A stretch of DNA of 64,000 bases from Chrysomallon squamiferum (taxonomy: Eukaryota; Animalia; Mollusca): positions 9,734,001 through 9,798,000 of the forward strand of contig CM022665.1 in NCBI GenBank assembly GCA_012295275.1. Reading direction: 5' to 3'. The notes below the pieces were generated by a model, which was not told the origin of the DNA, ran no database searches, and worked only from the letters and a program-made list of their open reading frames with translations. The stretch's first letter is position 1, and every line of letters starts with the position of its first letter. The translations under genes were made by a program, and so were the position numbers. Positions 53,806 through 64,000 of this stretch are shown piece after piece.

Positions 53806-55936
53806 AATATTTAATCTTTTAATCAACTTAATCCCGAAACCTAACCATAGTATTAGTTACAGATTTTGTACAGATGTATGCCACAGTAAAAAAAGATTTA
53901 TAATAATTTGTATACTTAAACCTTGTGAGTTTTATCACATAGGATTTACAGCTCAAGAACCTGGTTATTTGATGATGTGTATGTTTCTGTTTATTGTACA
54001 TTTGTACAAACTAATAGAAAAAAAATAAAATAAAAATAAACGACAGCAACAAAAACAAAAACACAAGAAGAAAATCGAAGAAAAAAAAAGAAAGAAAACT
54101 AATATTCTTTACACTTCTAAAAATAAATTAATTATTTTATTATTATGGTCTTCTATCAACTTTAATAACAAAGTATGACAAAGGCAGTCCTGTTTTTCAG
54201 GACTCTGTCCTCCATTCTGTCCTCCATCAAGTATAAATCTCTTTAGAAATGTATCGTTTTAATTGTTTACAAAACATTTTTAACCATTAATGTTTCAGTG
54301 TTTAATTTGATCTTCTTTTTGGGGTTAAAAAATGAATGTTAATTTATTTCGATTCTTTATGAATACTGTATAGACGCACCTATCATGTATCCAACATATA
54401 CAGTGAATTGTTTTGTTAGGTTTTATTTTTTATTTTATATATTTTTGTCATTTAAATTTTAGAAAAAAACAAAATAGCACACATTACATTATGGTGATAT
54501 TTGACAATTTAACCCTTCCAAGTATATTTTATCTATTTTATGCAACTTTTGATATTTCAACTCATCATTAAACATGTTTAATTTAGATTAGAAATGTGTC
54601 ACAGTATTTTTTTAAACATCCTTCTTGTTTGGAAATTTTATGATAATAAAATGTATTGTTACAAAATATTGGAATGCCGCCATTTTACTCTCAGCTCTGA
54701 AGCCGTGACGTCATCGCATAGTTTGCGGAATGATAACTGTATTTTTTTTTGATAGGAGAAATCGGTCTGCTTTGTAAGCGAAAACGATGCCCAAATATTT
54801 TTAAACTATAGTCTTTGTTATTTTGTAATTAATTAAGACAGCAGAAAAACAAATAAACCAAAAAATAAAAAAATAAAAAACTGGAAGTATACAGAATTTT
54901 GTTTTATACTATTTCTTTTATCACCAAAATTTCACTTTAATACTAGGATATATAATTAACAATGTTTTAATTATACAAATATTTTCGAATTTTAACTTGT
55001 CATATTTTTATTATATCTGATTAGACCACTACAATGGTTCATATACATTTTGGTCACCATTCTGCCTTTACTAGCTCGACGAAATGCAGTTCAAAATGGT
55101 TCTGAAAATGACTCATCCATTGGCATGTTTTTCAGATGTTAACTTACAATTTGATTTGATATGTCTAGTGTTCAGTTTTGTTTTTCATTCATTTGTTACA
55201 TTATCGTAGACCTGATTACAACACTCAAAAATAAACTATGTATTTCTTGATAAATCTTTATTCACGAAAATGCTGTGATCACAAATAAATAAAATGGTGG
55301 ACGGAGAAAACAAAAATGAATCATTATGAAATAACTTTCTTCAGATGTACTGAAATAAGTCATCTTAAAGAATAAATACAATGAATAAGATTGTGTTTTG
55401 CATTTATCACAACTGAGAACAAAAATAGATAATAATAATAATAATAATCATAATAAAATAAATTTCATGTAAACACTGGAAAGGATCGAAACTGATAAAT
55501 GTAATTAATAATGACAGATAAAGTAAATTAACATTATTAACATTATTAACAATATTTGTTCATTGATGCTTAACTAGTTTTCCTGGATGGCACACATTAA
55601 TTTTTAGTAACAAATTGATATAAATATTAAAATAATAATAATACTATTTGTTTATCACAAATTGCATAAGAGTATGAGAATCCGAAAGTTCACATTAAAA
55701 ATCTGATTTTCATCACTGGTTGTTAATATGTTGGCAAAATAAATTAAGTATTTTTAAGCAATGCCAATATGGCAAAAGTTAAAATTTTTGGCTGCACACT
55801 GTGAATATTTATACACGATGTTTTAGATCACATCTGATATTTTATGACCTTTTGGATCTCACTTAACAACACATTGTAAAGAAACAAAACATATTTGATC
55901 AAAACCATTTAAAAACAAAACAAAAACTTCTTCCAC

Positions 55937-58900
55937 TCAGTCACATGAACTACCATCAAATGTTCTGACAGTGGGTGTGGACAGGCCAGAGGATGCTGAC
56001 TTTGTTAATCTAGAGGTTTGTCCTGGTCTCCTCTCGCCTGCTGGAGGCTGTGGCATGGACATTTCAAAACTTGAACTTCTTTCTTCAGCAGCATTTCCAC
56101 CACTGTAGTCTCCATCACAGAGATTGTTTCTCAGAATGTCTATGCTGCTTCTCGCACTTGCCATTTGTCCATTTGCTTTGCTGTGACTCTCGTTCTTTGT
56201 CAGCTGGTTGTTCAGACCCTGGCTCACCAGAAATGGACTGGAATTTATTTCTGGCAAAATGAGTCGATTTTCGTTGTTATCCATCATATCGTAACTTCTG
56301 TAGGACTGATTTGAGATGGGTCTTCCTAATATGTTGTGTGATTCTAAAGCATTTCTTAAAGACAGGTGTGTTGATGACCTTGAATAAAGTTCTTCAGCTG
56401 TTTTGATAGGATCAGAGCTTTCATCTTCTTCTACTATTGTCTTCCATGTTTCAGCTAAAATAGCCTTCTGTCCTTCACCTTAAATAAAATATATTTATTG
56501 GCAACAGTCCCAGTACTAAAATTATACTTTCAGTAATAGTAAAAATAATCGGCAACAATTTGGATTTGGAAAATATTGTTTTATTTATGTAAATGATGCA
56601 TACACATTTATGCAGAGGGTTCAGATTTACGTAACATATACCTCTCTGTTTAAATAATTAGAAATATGTTGCAAGTGTTTGATTTTTCCCTTTAATATAG
56701 AAATTATTATTTGGTGTATTTTCTGTTGCCTTTGAATATATTACAGTACGTCTGAAAATGTTTGCTAAAGAAATATAATAACTTTTTAATTTTTTATTAT
56801 TATTTTGAAAATATATAAATTTATAAATTTAACAAACCTTTCAGAGTCATTAATACACACAAAATAATTAGTTATATTAGTTTTTGTTTTCTTTATTTTT
56901 AGCAACCTGTCTTTTATATCAGTACTATATTGCAGATATTGTTTTATTTAAAATGGACAGAATAAACAGAAAACAATATGTCATATCTGTCTGCTAAGAA
57001 TAATTATTTTTATTTACTTACTTTCCACTTCTGTTTTCAAAATTATTTTATGATAAAATGGAAAATGGCCTCTGGGCATCATTATCAGGCTGCCATTTTA
57101 TTGTCATGCTTTATTACTAGCAAAGAATGGTTGTAATAACAGGTAAAGCACTAATTTAAATTATATAAATGTATTCCATTTTTGCACACACAAACACACA
57201 CATCACAAAATTTATATTAAACAAAACAGAAAAAGAAGCAGGTTATAAAAATAAAATTAAAAAACATAAAAATAAATCACTGATCCTACCTTCTGCTTCA
57301 CCATTCTCTTCTTCCTCTAACGTTCCAAGTCTTGAGCTTAATGGAAACTGGGCTTCTGCTAACAGTTTTTGTAAAACATCTTCTGGCAGTCTGGGTGGGT
57401 TTTCCATGATGCTCAGTCTTGATGATGACAAATCAGATCTGATAAATCAAAACACTAAGTATTATAAAACATATCCAAGACTAGATTTTCTTGCAGTTAG
57501 CAAATATATTTGTTAAAACATATCTACGACTAGATAATTGTTTTATTATTTACGCAATCCTATTCCATTATTTATTTTATTAAATTTGATTCCTAATTTT
57601 ATATACTAACATGACCTTGACATTGTAACAGAACAGTCACAGTTTTGGACGTTAAAGTTGAATGAACCAACCTTCTTTCCTTCTTTATTATGCTAGCAAT
57701 AGCATAACAGTAATATTGCTGTTTCAGAAAAATAGTATATATAAAATATATCTGAGACTAGATAATCCTGCAATTACGAAAAAGCTAGAATAGTATAAAT
57801 ATTTTTATATCACTCCTTATTATTCAGTTAGGCTCTAAATATATACTATAGTTGATGATGCATTTAATGCTTTTATTTTCTATTTCATCATTAAAATGAT
57901 TATTTGAGAAAAACAATCGGAATAAATTGGTTTTTTCAAGTCTTTGTCAAACATTTGTACTGCAGTTTATTTTAACTTTAAATTAGAGTGTACAAGTCTG
58001 TATCACAATTTGTGCTTAAATTCAGGAAAATATTGTTTATAATTTATTTTATAGAAATTCCAGATGGTGATTAAATGGTTTTTTTTTTTTTTTTTTTTTT
58101 TTACAACAACCATAATAAACAATGAATAAGGAAATAAATCATATTAAAACCTCTGGGTCACCTTAAATGATAATCCTAATGAAAACGAAACAATAAATGG
58201 GTGAGTCAAAATATTTGCTAACATTTCCTATTGTTTTTCCAAGTTTCAGTTAAAACAGCTTTCTGTCTGTCACCGAAAATTAATTAAATACACGTAAGTA
58301 TTTATATATGTTGTTTATTTAACTTTAATTATCTTTTTCTATTTGAAAGTGCTAACTGATTTTGATGAGAAACACTAAGCTGTATTAACAAATTGTTATA
58401 ACAGACACCTAGAAGTTAAATTGTTGTCTTCAGTGGTGCAATCTGAACGTGATGTTCTGGACAGAGAGCGAACGCACTGATCTAGCAGACTGTTGAGTTG
58501 ATCTTCTGACAGGCGGGGTGATTCAGACTACAAACAAAAATTAAACATTTACTTTTAAAAAATAAACATCTTCACATAGGCAAAATGGATCAGTAATATG
58601 GTTTACAATATTCCATTGTTATTAACAACTGATCTATTTACAAAAGACAAATTATAAGTTTAAAAAAAAAAAAAATCCAAAATGCTAAATAAAATTGTTT
58701 TTCAGCACAAATATTATGTAATTTCCAGCTATGATTTTTGAAATATTTTCAACATAATTCTTGACAGATGTGATATGTTGTGATGTGATTTGTATTGTAT
58801 TACTCTACATATAGAATGTCTTCTTAATAATAAACAATTAAAAATATTTAATTATATCTTTTTTTAACAATCGCCTTTACAGAAAAAAATGCCTAAGTAC

Positions 58901-60766
58901 AGCCATTCTTAGTTAGGGCCATATGACCTTCTGGGGAAACCTGGCACATTTGAAAGAGTCCACAGACAGAAAAAATTTGAGAAACTGATTTTTTTTTTTG
59001 TCTCTCTGCCCTGGAACCTGCAGAAAGCTCCAAAAATGGCTATGGCCCCACAAAAAAGTTGAGAATGTCTGTACAAGTACATACCAAAATTATGATCATT
59101 ATTTTAATAGTTATTAAAGACTTCAATAATATTTATTCATGAACAAAAAGTGTTATATTTTATTATCATTTAATAATATACAGTAATGCATAAATCTACA
59201 AATAAGTATAAAATGCCAGTTTTGCTCCGGATGTTTATATTTTAATAATTGGGTTAAAAAATTACGATTAAAATACTAAGTAAACCTAAATTTCTCTTTG
59301 GAATTGAAATCACTGCCAAAAATACCTCAGTAGTCATAGGATTGTGAAAATAAGACAGCTCTTCTTCTATAGCTTTCAGTCTCGTCTGCATATCTCGCTC
59401 TTCTTTAGTTTCTAGGAGAACTCTCTCCCCGTATCGGTCATTTTCAATACAAGACATTACATCCACACGTGTGAAGCATTTGTGCTGTTGAAAAATGCAT
59501 GTGAACACGTACAAAGATAATGTGTGTAAAAATAAAAAAAAAAAAATAAAAAAAATGGTGATTCCCCATTGCAAGCAGTGATGTATTAATCTGTCAGGTC
59601 TACTTACTTTTCTCATAAGTTAAAAAAATAATAATAAAATAATAAATAAAAATCTGGATTCATCATGCTAGTATTTAATACAGATATAAAAGAAATTTTA
59701 AAATAAGTGAATAAAAATGAAGTGGTGACTGCTTGAAAAAAAAATGTGTGAAAATTGTATGAATTTCATGTCATGCAAATGTAAATAAAAAAAAAAATGA
59801 AATAAAAACAGTTTGGTGTCATTAATTAAAAAAATAATAATAATAACAATAAAACTGATCAAAATAAAAATAAAATTGAACTCAGCATTAACAATGAAAA
59901 AATATAAATAAAATTTTGAATAAATTATTAAAATATATTTTAAAATTTTTCTTCTGTGAATGGAAATCAAATACCTGCTCTGATGCTCTGGATGGTGCAA
60001 TTACAAGAGATTCATATTCTTCATTTGGCAGAAGCATTCTCAGACAACCATCTATGTAAGTGAGTGAATCTTTCTCCGTCATGTCTGGGTTATACCCATC
60101 TCCTGGAGTCACACTAATCATCTGACTGCCAGATTCCTGATTCATAAAAATTGTATATAATTATTTGAAAACATTTATTCCAGTTCCAACAACATAATAT
60201 GGCTGAAAACCACTTACATTTACCAGATTTTGGATTATTAAATGATGAACCTATTACAAAAACATTCTTTTTCCAATAACAACAACCGTTCATGGCATAA
60301 AGTTACTAATTTACCTGTCATTAAATGATTACCATATTAAAATGTATTTTTCTAATTCCAATGTGGGTATGTGGTGTGAAGCCAGTTATATTGATGTCAT
60401 TCAATGATTAAATGATTATCATATTAAAATGTGTTTTTCCAGTTGTAACAAGGTTATATGGCTCAAAGCCAGTTATATCTATCTGAAATTAGGTGATTAA
60501 ATAATTAGCATATTAAAATATATTTTTGGAATCCAACAACAGTAAATTATTAAACAAAGTTTATGTGAATTTAAGTATATCTAAGTATCTATATTAAGTG
60601 TAATCTGTATCACCTGATCGATGGAATTAATGTCATCTTGACCTTCAGGTATGGAGTCAAGGTCAGCCAGCAGTTCCCCCACCCTCTTTTTCTCCTCCTC
60701 TGTCATAGCAATTTCAGCTTTGACAGCTGCCAGCTAAGAAAACAAAACAAAATAATAATAATAATA

Positions 60767-60799
<33 letters not shown>

Positions 60800-63700
60800 G
60801 TTATAACAACAATAACTGCAATAATAATAAAAGATTATGAAATAAAAAAAAATATACAAATTTAAACCTTGCTGTTTTTCCCCAATTACCAACATCATAA
60901 ACATACTTTTTTTTAACAGGAATAAACAAATACAAAATGTATTAGATGTAGCCAAAATGATAATTAATTTGCTCAACCCCCCCTCCCCAAAAAAATTAAT
61001 TATCAGTATTCAGTTTTAAAACAATTTTAAAAAAATACATGTTGACTACGTATAAAAAAAAAAAAAAGAGGTGAAATGTGTTGAACTAGTGAACTTTCAG
61101 TGATACCAGCCCAGATTGATTTATTACAAACTAAATCTTTATATCAAAGAATCTATCTAAACTGACACAGAACAAAGTCACTCAATCAAAAACTGTTTTG
61201 TTTTCTTTATTCACTTTTATTAATTACTTTTTTATAATTCTTGACCCTGATCAAGTGTTTACTTCTCAACATGTGTTACCTCTTTGTTTCTTCTGATAAA
61301 ATCTTTCTTTTTCTTCTTTCGTCTAGCCTTGCTTCCTCTGTCATTTTCTCCACTAGTCGCATTAGTTGACTGTGAAGCAGCAGATGAGCTTCGACTTTCT
61401 TTTAAAACATTCAGCAATGAACATTATTAAAGAAACAAAAATGATTATACTGTTATTTTCACTAATTAATATGGTAAAATTTCTTAAAGGACATTTATAG
61501 ATCATAATGACTGCATCTTACGACCTTCTGGCTTTCATGTGATAATGCACTGTAAATTCATTTTTCTTTATTTTATTTGCACAGAATGTTTGTTTTGCTA
61601 CTAATTATGTAAATTATTATGTTAGTTAAGTAAAAATGTACCATTTTATAAGTTTATGGAACCCAAAATTACAAACCTCCTGCGTTTTCATTTCTTTTAT
61701 CATTTTCTTTTTGTTGTTCAAAATCGTTTTCATTCAGCTGTGTTTGAAATACTGGAGAAACTGGCCGTGGATTCACATCTACTCCTAAACAAAAGTGAAA
61801 TGATTTAAAATTAAAAATAAATAAATAAAAAATAAAATAAAATAAATTATCAGCATATTAAATAAACATCAATCTCTTCTTAATCATAAGTTGACACATT
61901 TAATAATATCATTAAGAAAGAAAACGGTAGATTAAAATTATATCAGAGCTATTAATTAATAATGAAATACACTGAAACACAATTAAGAAAATGTTTAGAA
62001 TTTTTTATTTAAAAAGAATTTGTGAGATGGTCATTTGATTTCATCAGTACTATAATAAACAGTTAGCTGAATTCAGTGAAAGTATCAACATTATTTGAGA
62101 AGTATTATTTATTCACCACCAGACAAATAGGTATTATTTGTGTTTTATTTATTACATGTATTTGTATTTATACCTTCATTGTGGCTGGGAGGCAAAGCAA
62201 GAGCAACAAATTTTTCTGTGTTGCTTTGAATATCTTTCTGAACTCGCCCCTGAGTTTTTATGGCTGCAATTTCTTCACGTATTCTGTAAGTACATTACAA
62301 ATACAGGATAAATAAAGAAAACATACATATTATTAATGAAATAAAAGGTCTCTGTACAATTGTATTTAATAACAGTTATGTTCTATCACGTCTTTTGCAA
62401 GATTACAGAACCCAAATTGTTAATTAGACAACAGCTCTATTTATTTAATTAAAAGTCTTTCTTTGTAACCCAGTACTAGTGAAAATCACATAAAAGTAAT
62501 AACTGATTTTGAATTGTTTAATTTACTTTTCATTTTTGTCAGTTAAAAGTTATGCTAGGAATTTTCTAAGCATAAAATTTGAAAGAGTGCAGAAAATCTT
62601 GATTTCAAATGTTATTTTATATTATCAGTATAGTAATTTATTTTATTTTCCATGACATAAGATGAAAAAATAAGTAACTACTCTTTTTTCCTATTTTCTT
62701 TAAAAACATAAAACTTGGATTTACTTTTTTTCCAACAATATCCTATCCCTCTTAACCTCCTTTTCTTTTTTCAATTTTTTGGCAAGAATACGATCCAGTT
62801 TTTTCATTTTGACATAAGCTTCTCGCAATTTAGGGTCCATGTCCTCCAACCCATCTTCTGCATCTTTCTCAGGTTTGGCATTGACATCTATCTGACCATG
62901 TTCTATAGCTTTGAGTTTAACTCTGTACACGTCCAGTTCATCCTTCATCTCCTCTCTCACCATCTCCTGAATCTCCTCTTTAATACCTTTCAACAAGTCA
63001 CGTTCCTCTTCACTGTCAATATCATCACCATCATCATCTTCTTCTGTAAGTATAAAGTAAAATATGTAATTCAGTAATACTGTATTTTTTTTAATTTTAT
63101 GGTCCATGATGTGAAGCTTGCGATTTATGTCTAAAACAGTGTTAGTGTTAGTGTCTTTAAGACTTAAAGATATTATGTTTTATATCTACAGTATAGAAAG
63201 CTCAATTATATTCCCAAATCCAAAATAAACTTATCTATTGAGGTAGAAAAGAACAATAAAATATAACTTAATGTTTTATTAATCTATGAAAAGTAACAAA
63301 GCATTTTGTGAAAGGAGATTTTTTTCTAAATTTATAATGAAAATATAAAAACTAATTCCATAGATGACAGTGCAATAGTTTTTAAATACAAACTGTAATA
63401 GAAATGGATGTATTTTGTAATAACTGACTGTAATATATTGCCATTATATCTCAAGGCAGATTAGATGTTGACTTGTATTCTTATGTCAGTCTTGCAGCAA
63501 ACAGGTATTCTTATAGCAGACATATGTTCTTATAGCAAACTTATATTCTTATAGCAGACTTACACTGATAACAGTCCTATACTCTAATAGAAGAATTATT
63601 TTCTTAATGCAAACATATATTCCTTTACAGACTTATAATCTTATGGTTTCAATCTTATTTTTTGTATACAAAACCAGTTTTAGTATCAGTCTCTTGCAGG

Positions 63701-64000
63701 ATTAATGAGAACAGAAGATGCTGAAGGTACACACATACTTACGATAAACTAGTAGTCAGTGTTGAAATACAACCCATACACCCCTGAGACAAAGCAGTTA
63801 CTTGACCACATTACCATAAATGTAGATTACTAAAATAAGTATTAATTTAGAATATTTACCAGCTGCAACCAGTGCTGTACAGGTGGTGATATTTTCATTT
63901 TGAGAAACAGTAGGAAGATCACTTTTTTCTTCATTGTGTTTCTTGTTTTCATGTACTTCTTCTCCTGAACTGGCATTTTGTGAGTATTCAGAGATATTGT
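55937..64000 (-). CDS. FSIP1: Fibrous sheath-interacting protein 1-like (5' end outside the window)
   Basis: Phase-consistent minus-strand exons >64000-63860, 63043-62725, 62283-62174, 61784-61677, 61398-61280, 60733-60614, 60136-59975, 59484-59326, 58527-58409, 57438-57290 and 56478-55937. Motifs DPKLREAYVKMKKLDRILAKKLKKEKEVK, NTEKFVAL, PVFQTQ, KDFIRRNKELA, MTEEEKKRVGELLADLD, PGDGY and GERVLLETKEERDMQTRLKAIEEEL match the FSIP1 family. Confidence 0.85.
60230..60540. repeat. Degenerate ~88-bp tandem repeat in an FSIP1 intron, 3-4 copies
   Basis: ATTAAATGATTA.CATATTAAAAT.T.TTTT recurs at ~60320, ~60407 and ~60496, with AAGCCAGTTATAT repeated. Confidence 0.7.
63505..63650. repeat. ~18-bp tandem repeat
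   Basis: TATTCTTATAGCA(G/A)AC(A/T)TA units, decaying rightwards. Confidence 0.7.

Overview
AT-rich, microsatellite-rich, intron-containing animal DNA, most likely a mollusc (gastropod-like; inferred from gene content and a SINE remnant). By reading GT-AG junctions and checking codon phase by hand I reconstruct six protein-coding genes: (1) an intronless-CDS class A GPCR (4422-5816 +) lacking both amine and adenosine ligand residues; (2) aftiphilin (12017-22619 +), with a candidate 15-nt microexon encoding DEWDW and flanked by UGC and UGCAUG elements; (3) a two-pore K+ channel (31955-37594 +); (4) gene A, a secreted ~1056-aa protein (39223-46798 -) made of a signal peptide, ~820 aa of Gln/Gly/Phe repeats, a 4-Cys module, a Kunitz domain (P1 Arg) and a Pro-rich tail; (5) gene B, a divergently oriented ~187-aa relative (50434-53805 +) made of a signal peptide, the same 4-Cys module, an Asn/Met/Arg-rich linker and a Kunitz domain (P1 Val); (6) the 3' part of FSIP1 (55937->64000 -). 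The ORF track misses the signal-peptide, Cys-module and Kunitz reading frames of gene A. The head-to-head pair of low-complexity/Kunitz secreted proteins is the most striking candidate for an undescribed extracellular-matrix or biomaterial system. Also present: a Tc1 transposase fossil, a tRNA-SINE remnant, a MITE, hairpins and minisatellites. No database searches were run; family assignments rest on recognised motifs.
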